A DNA stretch of 61,610 nucleotides, filler included, from Sphacelaria rigidula (lineage: Eukaryota): NCBI GenBank assembly GCA_964200075.2. It is 10 parts of 10 records of this genome, joined end to end, with 100 filler letters (N's around TTAATTAATTAA, not from the genome) between each part and the next. Parts side by side here need not be neighbours in the genome. Positions count along the whole stretch, not along the records: positions 6,173 to 12,244 come from CAXNAA020022429.1; positions 12,345 to 18,415 come from CAXNAA020022430.1; positions 18,516 to 24,586 come from CAXNAA020022431.1; 7 more parts are not named here. One strand, written 5' to 3'. Shown here piece after piece: positions 11,252-22,759 of this stretch. A model generated the notes under the pieces. That model was given only the letters and a program-made list of their open reading frames with translations. It did no database searches and was not told the origin of the DNA. A program made the translations under genes and the position numbers. The stretch's first letter is position 1, and the number at the start of each line of letters is the position of its first letter.

Positions 11252-11749
11252 TACATTTCTTTTGGCGTCAGTTTGTTCTCTCTGAGACTCTCTGAAGCCA
11301 GCATTTTGTCTTTGCTTCATTTACGATCTTGTTCGCTCATTCTCTCCTTTCTAGTATTATATTGCGTGGGTTTGGAGCACCACTTGATTCCCACGTGGAC
11401 GGTGGGGTTCGTTCTGTTTCTGCTTGGGTGTGGAGTGCACTACTAGTTGTTCGCGCTGTGTTCTTCGTGGCATTCGGCAGTCATGGCACTGCTTTGTGAA
11501 CCATTTCATTTTCCACATCTCACCAGACCCCGTCGACTGTCCGGGATACCTTCACCCATCTCGATCGCCCTTCATTTATGCAATCGGCATCGTATTAACC
11601 CCAAATCAAGTCGCCATCACCTTTAGCTCAAACCCGAATCGCCATTTTGTTTATATGAGAATCAGAAGACACGAGACATGATCGTGAATCGTCCCACCGC
11701 TCTCCGTTGAACGTAGTTCACTTGTCGTCGAGCCTTGGCTTGCAATCCT

Positions 11750-12088
11750 CGAGCGTGTTTTGATCTTGCTCGCATGTACTATCGTCTCAATAGTACATAT
11801 ATGTTTCTTCCGTCTCTGCCCTGCTGCTGCCATTACTGCCGATGCAGTTACTGCTGCCTCTTTCACGGCACATGCGAGGTTTACTCATGACTGGCCGGAT
11901 GCAACAGTTCTCACGTCTCTTTCGAATTGGAATCGGAATCATGCATATCAACGGGTGCTGACCTATGTGTGCGTGTGCTGTGCGCGCATCTCACACGAAT
12001 CACCGTTTCCCATTGAATTCTGAGCAGATATGTACAAGGTCACGCACCACGTGCTCCGTTGATGGGAATCACGGCTTTTCCTTCAACC
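11750..12088. repeat. Diverged dispersed repeat shared with about 50780-51097
   Basis: gagcgtgttttgat, tcaacgggt.ctgacc and tgctgtgcgcg..tctcacac in the same order. Confidence 0.65.
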
Positions 12089-12098
12089 TATGATATAA

Positions 12099-12244
12099 CA
12101 GCGGATCCTAATTTTTGGGGTCGATGTCTGAAATGGGGGTGAAGTGGCATTTCTCTCTTGCAGGGAAGACGCGAAACACTTGCGACCGAGCGAAGCCATC
12201 TCCGCCCCCCAAATGTCCGCAGCAGTTGAGCAGCTGTGGCTAGG
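12099..12244. mobile_element. Start of a CAGnGGATCC-terminated TIR element running off the contig end
   Basis: Begins cagcggatcc; reverse complement of 6173-6321. Confidence 0.7.
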
Positions 12245-12344
12245 NNNNNNNNNNNNNNNNNNNNNNNNNNNNNNNNNNNNNNNNNNNNTTAATTAATTAA
12301 NNNNNNNNNNNNNNNNNNNNNNNNNNNNNNNNNNNNNNNNNNNN
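12245..12344. other. Artificial contig spacer
   Basis: N44-TTAATTAATTAA-N44. Confidence 0.98.
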
Positions 12345-13768
12345 GGCCCCGAAACACCCAGTTCGTTTGGATTTTTTTTTTGCCTTACGGGGGGGGGGGG
12401 GAGTGTGGGTCCAGGACTTTTTGTTTTGTGCCCTTTCGCATGGTGTGAGAAAACGAATCAGCAGGCTACTGCGGTAGATCTCTTTGCTGCTTGCAATTAC
12501 TACATGCAGGTGCTGTGCGGGCATCTACGTCGCAGAGTACAGAGGGCGCCCGCCGTTAAGAATCGCCAATGTGGGGTCGAGGCTCAATTTTTTATGTTGA
12601 AGTGCATTTTTTAAATGGCAGCTTCTTGTTTCTCTGTAGGCCTGTCATCCATCCATGCCTGTTTCTTGCTTCTCGTATCCTCCTTGGTGGACGAAAATCA
12701 CGATTCACATTGACTTCGCAGTCGCATAGAAAGGAAACGCAGCGCTGTGGCTCGCCTACAGAGAGTATTCCGTACGGTATCCCCTACTGCCCTGCAGTAG
12801 CCAACAAAGTGAAAAACGTCTTCCGTCGGGCTCACGCTGCAAACTGCTGTACATTGTACAGCTGTGTTTCCCGCCGGTCCACCAGAGCCGACAAACGGGG
12901 AACGTGGAAATGAAAAATGTCCGCCAAAACACCCAATAACTGTTACCACGGAACATCCCGCCCTCAACTGCCCCAAAAGATCAACGTCGCGAATATTGGG
13001 AGAAGCACCCGTCCCGACCTCCTCACCCCAGCGTGCGGCATTATCTCTACCAACGCTCGTGCCCCAATGGTTGCGTCGTCACCTCTGATGTACAACTCTA
13101 ACAGCAAATTTCAAGCTGTGTGGGCATCCGTCAGCGTTGATCGCTGTCATTCCTTATCCGGCTGTTTCTTACCTTGTCCAATTTGATATATATTTCTGAC
13201 ACGATCTTTATCCCTCACCCGAAAACTAGGTTTAACTTCTTGACACAACTTCCGAAATATGGGCGCCCACTAAATGCTGAATTGTCCTGCTGAATCGTTG
13301 GCGTCGCAAAAATTCGTTGCACGGTAACATGAGCCCCACGCTCTTCACTTTGTACCGCATTTTCCTCATCTTCCAAAAACTTGAGGGCCGGGGCTGAGAA
13401 GATTGTTTTTACCCAAGTAGCTAGCACAACGGGTGCCGGTAAGTGTTGCCTCTCGTGTGTGCCAGAAATAAATTTAGATTCAGACTTCTGTCAGCGCCCA
13501 GGTGAAGAAAATTACGCTCCTTGTGCGGGGAAATGGGTGGAGACTGTTCTCCACGTTTGCGGTCATATTCTCGTCACGTCTTTCTGCATTCTCACACCAA
13601 GTGCAACGGAGATACTTCTCCTCGATTTCAAAGATGAATCATGTTGCCTCTGGTTCCCCACCTACGATCAGACCGGACTCGAAACACGAGTCACATCCAG
13701 TTACACGCTCCCGAATTGGTCACTACCTGCACAGGGACATTAAGTGGCACTCCCAAACTGCACTGGCA

Positions 13769-13832
13769 TGTAGTGTAGTGTAGTGTAGTGTAGTGCAATG
13801 CAATGGACTGGACTGGACTGGACTGGACTGGA
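13769..13832. repeat. Compound pentanucleotide microsatellite (TGTAG)n(TGCAA)n(TGGAC)n
   Basis: Directly visible. Confidence 0.95.
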
Positions 13833-15092
13833 GACGGAATTGTACTGTCTGCTCCCGCCGTGACATGCAAACACGCCAACGACAATCATCAAACACGCAC
13901 AAACACGCACGCACGCACGCATCATCCCTGCAGGATGAGAGTGATGAACAGAGGTGGCCTTTCGATTACGTCGTCGCTGGAGCTCGGGCGCGAAAAGTGC
14001 ATTATATGTGTGTGTACTTACGGTACTCATTGATGAGCGTCGCTGGCGTCCTTTGCGCGCCACGGGACAAGCAGACAGCACGGTGCGACCAGCACTCCAG
14101 TGCCGTCACCGGATTAGTTCAGGACAGCACAGTACAGTACGGCTCCGGAGTCGCTGGCGTCACTATATTGGTAATACTCACGTCGGGAGTGCCACGGGAC
14201 GTGCCTTGTGCTTCGTGTCACGTCAGATCGGAGTCGAGGAACAGAGAGGCAATAGAATTCCTCTGCAGCCGAGGAGACGGAAATATGCGGGGCACAGACG
14301 CAGCAGAAGCAGCTCGTGGCATTCGCAAATTACCGAACGAGCGCGGTGAACACCCGGCCAGACTGGACCCTTTCATCTATACGATTCATTGTCCAACCTT
14401 ATGAAGAGGGATTCCGTGAGTATCGCATTTGCGAGGTACTAAATGTTCCTGGCGAAGAGACAGATATAGCGGGGTCTTAGCATCCGCGGATTTCGTACAT
14501 GGTTCACGAATGAAATTTCCGTACTTGTCGCTGGTCACCTACAGAATACTACTGGTTATGGAATTTTTCAGGTACTTTTCGGGCTTCAGGCAACAGTTTC
14601 GGGGGGGGAGTGAACGCTTCCAGGTACACCTGCTGCGGTTATGGTCATGTTCAGGTATTCCACTTTTTGAGCCAATTACATGACCGCGTTCCATGCAGTT
14701 CATGACGTTACAGCCTTGTCCCTGAATACGTTTGAAAAGTGCTCAGGTATAGCTCAGTGTGACCATTTGATTTTTGGATCAATACCACTAGCAAAGTTGT
14801 AGACTGGAATGCGCTCTCACATGAACGGTTGAAATGACTCAAATCAAATTTTCTCCGCGCCTTCGGGATAATGCCCAAGCCATCGAGTTGTGCGCAAGTG
14901 CTACGGAAATATGTTGCTTGTAGAAGGGATCGAAGTATGTAAATATGGATGAGCCAATCCCTCGGCTACCGAAGTGCATGATGACAGACGAGCGATCGGT
15001 TCCACGCCAAAACAGACGTCTTCGTCGAGCTGAAGCCCTGTGCTGAAACTGCTCACCTTTCCAAACAGAGAAGCGTTTGGTTTTGACGATTA

Positions 15093-15329
15093 TTACTGGA
15101 TCGTGCACATGGAAGCGCTAGTGGTAATTAGGCCCGGACATCCGTTTGACTTAGCCCACTCGATCAGCGCATAGTGCCTCGACGACGCGGCCGCATTACC
15201 CACCCATGAGTCCCAGGGACAGCCGTTGGCCCTACACCACTGCAGCGTCTCAAGGTGCCCGCGCTTAGCCGCCGCTCTGCAAGTGAAAGTGTTCCATGAA
15301 CAGCCATTGGCCTTGCACCATTGCAGGAC
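15093..15329 (-). CDS. Terminal exon of the ankyrin-repeat gene (frame not shown in the ORF track)
   Basis: Acceptor caatag| then VLQWCKANGCSWNTFTCRAAAKRGHLETLQWCRANGCPWDSWVGNAAASSRHYALIEWAKSNGCPGLITTSASMCTIQ-stop; phase 0, continuing the repeat from GGHLE|. Confidence 0.9.
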   Translation of the reverse strand, partial: VLQWCKANGCSWNTFTCRAAAKRGHLETLQWCRANGCPWDSWVGNAAASSRHYALIEWAKSNGCPGLITTSASMCTIQ

Positions 15330-15675
15330 CTATTGTTTGAAGTACCATGACCGCCGGGGTGGCGCGAAAATGAAGCAAAAGCGTTGATGGTAGGAGGCGA
15401 TGACAACGATGATTATGGGTCCAGTTTTCTCTTGATCAAATACTGGACAGTACACTACGTACCGCGGCTAATATCACGTTCTTTTCTAAAAAAATGGGGT
15501 ATATAACACGACTCGGGTATGGAGGAGGGTGTCTACATGTCAAACGGCTACGAAATGAAAACGCAATGATACCGACAGCATGTGATCCGGTATTTTGTGA
15601 AAACTTACTCGTGGGGGTAAAATCATGCTTGGCACTACTACAGTGTAAAACACACACAGCCAATATATCGTTCAC

Positions 15676-17136
15676 CTCGAGGTGCCCCCCCGACGCCGCG
15701 AGGGTGCATTCGTGTCCACTCCATGGGCATCCGTTTGACCTGGACCACTGCAAGACCTCAAGGTGCCCTCGGAGCGCAGCAATGATGCAAGTTCTCTTGT
15801 TCCAGGGACAACCGTTGGCCCGACACCATTTCAAAACCTCGAGGTGCCCACCCCCAGCCGCCGCCGAACACGCTCTCGCATTCCACGGACAGCCATTAGC
15901 CCTACTCCATCTGAGGACTTCGAGGTTCCCTCCCCCAGCAGCCGCCGAACACGTACCTTCATTCCAGGGACAGCCGTTAGCCCAGCACCACTGCAAAAGT
16001 TCGAGATGCCCCCCTCCAGCCGCCGCCGCGCAAGTCTGCTCGTCCCAAGGACAGCCATTTGCGCTGCACCACTCAAGTACCCCCAGATGTCCTCCACCCG
16101 CCGCTGCCGTTGATGTCCTTTCGTCCCACGGACAGCCGTTGGCCCTGCACCACTGGATCGCCGCAAGGTGTCCCCCGGCAGCAGCCGCTTCACAAGTACG
16201 CTCGCTCCAATGACAACCTTGTGCCCGACACCATCTCAGCATCTCGAGACGATCGCTGCGCGCAGCTGCAGCCATCGTTCGCTCATCCCACCCGCAGCCG
16301 TTTGCCCTACACCACTTGAGCACTTCCAGGTGTCCGCCCCTCGCGGCGTACTCACAGGTCCTGTCGTCCCAGTTACATCCATTCGCCCTGCACCACTGGA
16401 GAACGTTGAGTTTTCCGGCCGACGCAGCGGAAAGGCACGTCACTTTACTCCAGGGGCATCGATTTTCGCGGCACCACTGCAATATGGAGAGATTGCCGGA
16501 CCTCGCCGCGGACGAACAGGTAGCGTCATCCCAAGGACAACCTTCCTCTCTCGCGTACTGAAGAGTTTCAAGGTTGCCCGCTTCTGCCGCCTTAGCGCAC
16601 ACGCTCTCATCCCAGCGGCACCCGCAATTCCGTGCCCATGCCAGCCTACGCGGACTTGCGAGCGCCGCTTCTAGCATAGTTTCTCGGGGATTGCTGTCTC
16701 GCCACGCCGATCTCCAATGTTTGGATACTCCGCCGACAAATATGAACCCTTCGGATCTAACAAAGGGTAATACATGCCTGAGTACGTCGGCATTATCCAC
16801 CAGAGGATTTCTTCGTCTCATGGGCATGGAGGGGGTAATACCACCGCCGATACACCTTGGCATGGCAGTATCAACCATGAAATATATCGCTCCATCCTGT
16901 ACTCCCATAGGAGCGTGGGTAATGTCGGGGTTCTCACACGTATTCGTGGCACATGCTGAGCTGGTCGTTATGGGGTGCGGCAAACCGTCGGGTAAAGGTC
17001 CTAGTTGGATGTTCTCGTCACTGTTATCTTGAGGTTTGGTCGTCAACCTTCGATCATAGCTGAGTACGGGCAGATGAAAGCCTGCCGAAGGCGTGTCGTG
17101 TTGAAGCCTGGCCGCCACGTAAGATCCGTCTCGCAT
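15676..17136 (-). CDS. Main exon of a GCPW-type ankyrin-repeat protein with an N-terminal F-box-like segment
   Basis: About 13 tandem 27-aa units (W.E.TC.AAA.GGHLEVL.WCRANGCP); DVLRHVLPFV...FVGGVSKHWR precedes them; donor GAG|gtgaac at 15676/15675; intron 15330-15675. The true start may be a downstream ATG, since 17136 abuts a TATA-like run. Confidence 0.9.
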
Positions 17137-18134
17137 ATATATAAACGCACACGCAATGGAAGCCCTGTTTATCTATTCCCCAAGTCAGTGGGAAATCACC
17201 CGTTGAAGTATCGACTGCGGTATGCACGTGCTAGTTGCAGTTGATGGGAACGCGTTGCATAGAGTATTGTACTGTGTTGTACTCTAATGTACTGTACTGT
17301 ACTGAACTGTATCTGTACTGACTGCAACGGTCGGGTTGAGCTGCAATCTTCTACACTGCCGAAAAAACACCGCAAAATAACCGTAGACGGCAGATATAGC
17401 ACTTCGGATATCACGTGAGAGCTTATCTTGGTCCCATCCAAGCTCTGTGGTAGACCGCCGGATCTCTCAGCCTAGCGCCTCCGTGTTGTGGTGGGGTGAG
17501 TTACAGCTGCAAAGCAAAAACATCAACCTGCAGCCGGCGGGACTGTCAGCGAAAAAACGGATCGGCGGAAAAGTGACGTTGCCCTACCCATTTATGCCCT
17601 TTGCAGGAAGATCCGGTATACTGTACTACTCACGGATTCGTTCCTTTGACGCGACGATTACAGATCGACCCCTGATAAAACAGTACAGTACATGACGCCA
17701 AGTCAGTGCGAGCGATCTTCGCTATTGAGGGACTGAAGGCAACACTCATACTATGACGGTTCTACGAATATCTCTGCTGTAACAGTGAAGCCCGTGGTAT
17801 GACATAAGAACCGGTATTGCACCATGCTTTGTGCCCTGTGGAGTGAAATGCTGCCAGTGGATATACGGCAATTCAAAATCAAGATTAGCGCGGCCAGAAC
17901 ATCCCTTCCACACTATCTGTTGTAGAGCAGGGGTAGACTCAAGGATGTGACAAAAGCAGTATCGTTATGTAATATCCTCGGGTTGACAAATGGCCGCAAA
18001 AAAAATGTGGTCGTAACCAGCAGTAACGTGTGTCCCATCTCGTCGCAAACAAGTGATGCATGGTTGAATACACTTGTATTCTGGATCGCCATGTATATAT
18101 GTTATCATCCTGTTAATCCTCAGGCCAACTCTTA

Positions 18135-18296
18135 CTCTTATGGGAGCGTTTGAAATTTTATTTTGCAAACAATATCAGAGGAGTTTATTTTTTCTTCTTC
18201 ATCATGGTGAACAGGCACAAAATTCAAAACTATGGCGAAGAAAAAAAAATCTTTCAAAATTATTGCAAAATAAAATTCTAAACGCTCCCATAAGAG
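18135..18296. mobile_element. 162-bp MITE with ~33-bp TIRs, inserted in a piggyBac-like MITE end
   Basis: ctcttatgggagcgtttgaaattttattttgcaa ... ttgcaaaataaaattctaaacgctcccataagag; flanks ta/tt; host sequence resumes gaccgcgag...tgatgccgattcaacaga. Confidence 0.75.
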
Positions 18297-18415
18297 TTGA
18301 CCGCGAGATTAGTCTTTCTGGACCATGCATACTTTTTTTCACTTGAAATTGATGCCGATTCAACAGAAGAGCAAGATTGTTATGTTGGTGTTTCTGGTTC
18401 TAGCATAATATTTTT

Positions 18416-18515
18416 NNNNNNNNNNNNNNNNNNNNNNNNNNNNNNNNNNNNNNNNNNNNTTAATTAATTAANNNNNNNNNNNNNNNNNNNNNNNNNNNNN
18501 NNNNNNNNNNNNNNN
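18416..18515. other. Artificial contig spacer
   Basis: N44-TTAATTAATTAA-N44. Confidence 0.98.
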
Positions 18516-18607
18516 CACTTCCCGAGACAGCCACAGCTTATACACTGCCCCATGGGTGTCTCACCATGGGGGTGGGGGGGGGGGGAGCTTGGAAAAGCCA
18601 ATAGAGT

Positions 18608-18701
18608 GTGCTCATGATGATGCATGTCGTGGTCAGAAGACCGTTGACCTCGCATCCCTACAAAGGCGGGACGGTGCACACCGGGTTTTCGCCGGACCAG
18701 G
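18608..18701. repeat. High-copy repeat (also about 25033-25081, 56385-56459, 61388-61480; inverted 49371-49430)
   Basis: ttgacctcgcatccctacaaag.cggg.cgg.gcac.ccgggttttcgccggacca recurs on four contigs. Confidence 0.8.
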
Positions 18702-19953
18702 CTCGCGATAAATCACCAAGCGCGAAGCGCCGTACGGGAGAGGATCGAGATCCAGTACATGAACGGCTGGGATCTTCTCCCGTAAGGGAGGAGGACGGGC
18801 CGACACGAAATGCACGCAAGTGTCCCTGTCAACAAAAGTTGGACACGCTGAGAAAATGTGCATGGCACATGAACCTCTTCGTGAAACATTTCAACCTGTT
18901 GACTGATTAAGTGTCGCACTTTAACTGACCCCCCAGGGGTCCAACCGTGGTCTCATGATGGACGTACCCAACAAAAACGAAACTGAAACACGTGAGGCAT
19001 CATGCTGTTGAAAAGTGAAGTGGGGTTGCGCAGTGGCATGGCACATGATCCTTTCCAGGAACCGTTTTGAACAAGTACGTCCTACTATGCGGTACTGTTG
19101 ATGGTTGACTTCGGGTTGTGCAGTGGAATTGAACACTCCAAAGCACGTAACTCATTAGCGGAGCGCTGAGGACCGAAAATCGGGGTCCTTGTCATGGACC
19201 TTTCACCCGCTCACATACTACACACACGTTCTCCCTCGCGTTTTAAGAGGCTGCAGTCCGTCGAAAGCGTAGGCACTTACGACGAGATTTTCGTCACGTT
19301 CTACATGTGCAAATTCCCGCACATCTGTCTTGGCTATCAAACATCAAGCTGGTCTGGCCAACCTTCCAGCATGCTTTATTTCAGTTGAAACGCTGTGAGC
19401 TTTCGGCGATAGGTACGAATGAGCGTTGGGAAGCCATGAGGATGCGTACACGAGGGACTACACAGAAGGACACGGGAATAGCCTGTTGGGTACGCAGATG
19501 ATATGCGGAAGGGGGAAAAGCACGTCCGTGTTCTACGACAGATGAAATTATTAGGATCATATCGGGATGAGTTTTTCCTTCCAAATCTGGCAAGGTGCCG
19601 AATGCCTTCATCAGGCTACTGTAATGTGCCTGCGAGCGTGGCAGCTAGATACTAAAAAAAATTATTATAGGGAGACATATGAACGAGGTGATTTCCTTGA
19701 ATCCAAAGAGGCTTAGGATAGGGTAAGGTACGAGGACGAGTAATATGAGGTGTCAATATTGCAGGTACAATTTTCACTTGGTGTCGCGCGTCGAGTTGGA
19801 AAGCCAGGCGCCACCCCCTGAAGTCCGAATGGCCACCTGCGGCCCGCATCTTTTGAGGTTAGCCATATGTACTCTTCTTTCTTCATTATTGATCCCTGTT
19901 TGTGCTTGTATCGCGTTTTGTGAGCTTTAATCTGGGTCTTTTTCTTTTTTTTC

Positions 19954-20050
19954 GCTGACCTGTGACCACGGAAGGCGTTCGCATCAGATGCCGAGTACGA
20001 ATGTACCACGCAGATATCGGAACGGTTTTTAATGCGAAGACAACAACAAC
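19954..20050 (+). mobile_element. Second copy of the (AAC)n-tailed retroposon
   Basis: cctgtgaccacggaaggcgttcgcatcagatgcc...ggaacggtttttaatgcgaagacaacaacaac. Confidence 0.7.
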
Positions 20051-22077
20051 TCTGGAATACTCCGCAGTCGATACTCCAGCTACACCTTTTGCCGAGCACA
20101 AGCCGCGCCCACAATAGTACCGTCATCGGTGCATGACAAGCCGGATCCAGCGACATCATCATTTTTCGATTTTATCCATTACAGCACGGCAGAGCACAGC
20201 ACCCGCGATTGCGCCAACAGCAGTACATTCATAAGGTCAAGACACAACCGTTCATTGCTCGACAGGTGAAAGGCGTGTGGCGTATTTGGTGCGGGGTGTA
20301 CATGCTGCAGCGGCGCGTGCGGATGAGGCTCGGAGGCATTTTGATATTAGACTGGAAGTTTGTGGAGATCATCTCCATACCACAAACAGCCAACTGAGCC
20401 CGACAACACAAACTTTTACACATGCAATAAAAACGCATGGGGTCGAAGTCGTGAGCTTGTTCTCCTCGCATGCCCCTCGCCTTCTCACGCACCCTTGCGT
20501 TCATCAGCGTGCGTTTGCTGCTGAGTCGCCAGCGGACACGATGTAAATTAAACGAACCGCCCCTCAACTATGTTAAAGTGCAATGATATTGGTTGAAACC
20601 ACCACGAGAAACTGATGTGATCGACCCCCGGAGGCCAGCAAGCGGTCACATTCGCGTGTGCTTTTGACATTCTCCAATAATTGGCGGAACTGTCACATCA
20701 GTCACTCGACTGTGGGCGCTCCAAGAATTTACCCGTTCACAGTATACGATGCTCAGGGTACCCATTATGAAATACGCCCGCATCTTCCCAAGAGCAGTGA
20801 AGCCCCTTGGTCGAGCACCACATCACGCGAAAAAAAAACATGAGAAAAGCACTGCACGTGGGAGATTGTTCCGCGACGACGGCAGGCTTGTTTTTGGTGA
20901 ATACCTCAACCTAACCCGGTTTGATTTGCTTGTTTGCCCTTCTCAGTCCACCAATCCAACCCCCCCTTCCGTTCAGTCCCCTCCGCTCCCACCCACGCCC
21001 CCCCCCGGGGCGCCCCATCCTCCCTCACGGGATTTCAGCGATAGTGTTCCGAAATACGTAATTAGACCCAGCGGCACAAGCTGAGGATGCCGTTTGCCAC
21101 AGACTGGGAGGTTCTTAGTACAATTTTACTGCCCCGGAACAAATTTGAAGGAAATGAGCTGAGGGAGAAAGTTCCAGCACAGCTATGAATAGACGTGAGT
21201 GGCACGTCATCGTCTGGATCGTGGCACCGGGAGCGCGCGTTTTCTTTTTCAACCGCATGTGTGATAGTGGATAACAATTCAACACCAGCAAAAGATTAAA
21301 CCGCCGAGTACGTGACGGAATAACGTCGGACTACAGTAAGGAATTCAGGACAGTTATAGCGCAGTAGCACAGCACGAGAAAAGGGGGGACGCCAGATACC
21401 GGAAATCGATTACATGTGTAACCGGTAATGCTGACGCCAGGGGTATGTGGTGCATAAAAACGGGCACATCGCCTTGTCCTCACAGTCTACCCTCCTGTAC
21501 TGTATGTACTGACTGTACTGTCTGGCTGTTTGCACAATATACTGCAGACCGTAGGAACAGCTGTCGTTGTTTCACTGATTTTCGCACATGTCCTCGGTCG
21601 TACATGGGTTAAATTCATGGTTGGATGGGGCGGCTCGTTTTTCGCGCCTTTTCATGCGCAACGAATACATGAACAGATAGCATGCAAACTACGAGTAAAA
21701 CTCGGGTGTGATGCCGGGACGTCGCCCTAATACTTCAGCATATAACAGGCTCACTGCATGACCATAATGTAGGTTTTTGTGTATACAGCTTTCATGTATA
21801 CTACACTACATCATGTTTCTGTCTTTGTCATGTATTGGTTCACGGCAAGTCCAATAATACAGACCGCGGTATCACCTTCAGCTCGATTGTCTTGATGGGA
21901 AGCAACAGCAGGCATAGGAGTTGAAGCCGGGAATGCACCCTGACCCGACCGGGCACCCGGCTTGGGTGTGCATATACATGCTGTCGACAGAGGGATTTTC
22001 GGTACAAGATGGAACAAAGCAAAGCTACAGACAAAGACACACACATCCACGTGTTCAGAACTCATGACAGAACAGGT

Positions 22078-22078
<1 letters not shown>

Positions 22079-22144
<66 letters not shown>
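22079..22144. repeat. (AC)n microsatellite in the first intron of the BASS gene
   Basis: Directly visible. Confidence 0.97.
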
Positions 22145-22146
<2 letters not shown>

Positions 22147-22244
22147 CAGGTCCAGGGGTACAACGACGGTCCGGTAAAATAACATCCCGCATTCAAATTT
22201 ACGAGTGCGACGTGACATGCGGGCGAAGAACACAAAACACTTAC

Positions 22245-22759
22245 TCTGTTGTAAACCACGCGAACATGTTCGGGTCCTTGAGCGCTACAAGGCTGAAAAC
22301 CGTGAGCCAGACGGGGAACAGATTGGTGAAGTACTCCGCCCCCTTCTCGTAAGCTTTGAAAAGCTTGCTCTTTTTCTCAGTCCCCCCTGATACTGACAGC
22401 TCGAAGCTATTGTCCCCCACCGACACGTCCACAGAAGCCGACGCGCTCCCGGAAAGCGTAGTCACCGGCAACACTCGATTTGCGGCGGCAGCTGCCGCCG
22501 CAAGCTGCGGCTGTTGGTGCTGCCTGGCTGGTGACGTCTTGTCAAAGCTGTCGTGGGACATGGACATGGGCATGATTCCTACTGGTAACCTCGGGGGGGT
22601 AAACCGTGCGAGCCTCGCGTGTTGGTGGTGCTGCTGCTGCTGTAGCTGCTGCTTCGCCACAGGCGCCATAAAGCTTGCTGCCTGAAAGGCATGCACGGTC
22701 TTGGGTGATGCCAGCAGCAGGCATGATGCCGCCGCGACGAAGGAAGATGTCGGCCTCAT
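22245..22759 (-). CDS. BASS2: First exon of a plastid-targeted bile acid:sodium symporter family protein (BASS2-like pyruvate/Na+ cotransporter)
   Basis: MRPTSSFVAAASCLLLASPKTVHA|FQ signal peptide with Phe at +1, then a transit peptide. YEKGAEYFTNLFPVWLTVFSLVALKDPNMFAWFTTE resembles the first membrane segment of plant BASS2 as I recall it. Donor GA|gtaagt at 22245/22244. Orthology is not tested. Confidence 0.85.

Noticed and set aside
6173..12244. Contig 2 as one 6-kb transposon with 140-bp TIRs
   Set aside because: The terminal CAGnGGATCC motifs are on the inner side, so these are two separate elements running off each contig end.
12900..13760. Degenerate Tc1/mariner transposase suggested by IQQDNS on the minus strand
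   Set aside because: No convincing first Asp motif or SPDLN motif in frame; one short motif is insufficient.
15436..15675. C-terminal 79 aa of the listed 566-aa ORF
   Set aside because: Intron read-through; the repeat continues in the exon at 15093-15329.
15494..17032. Plus-strand ORFs of 239, 168 and 152 aa
   Set aside because: Antisense shadows of the GC-rich ankyrin exon.
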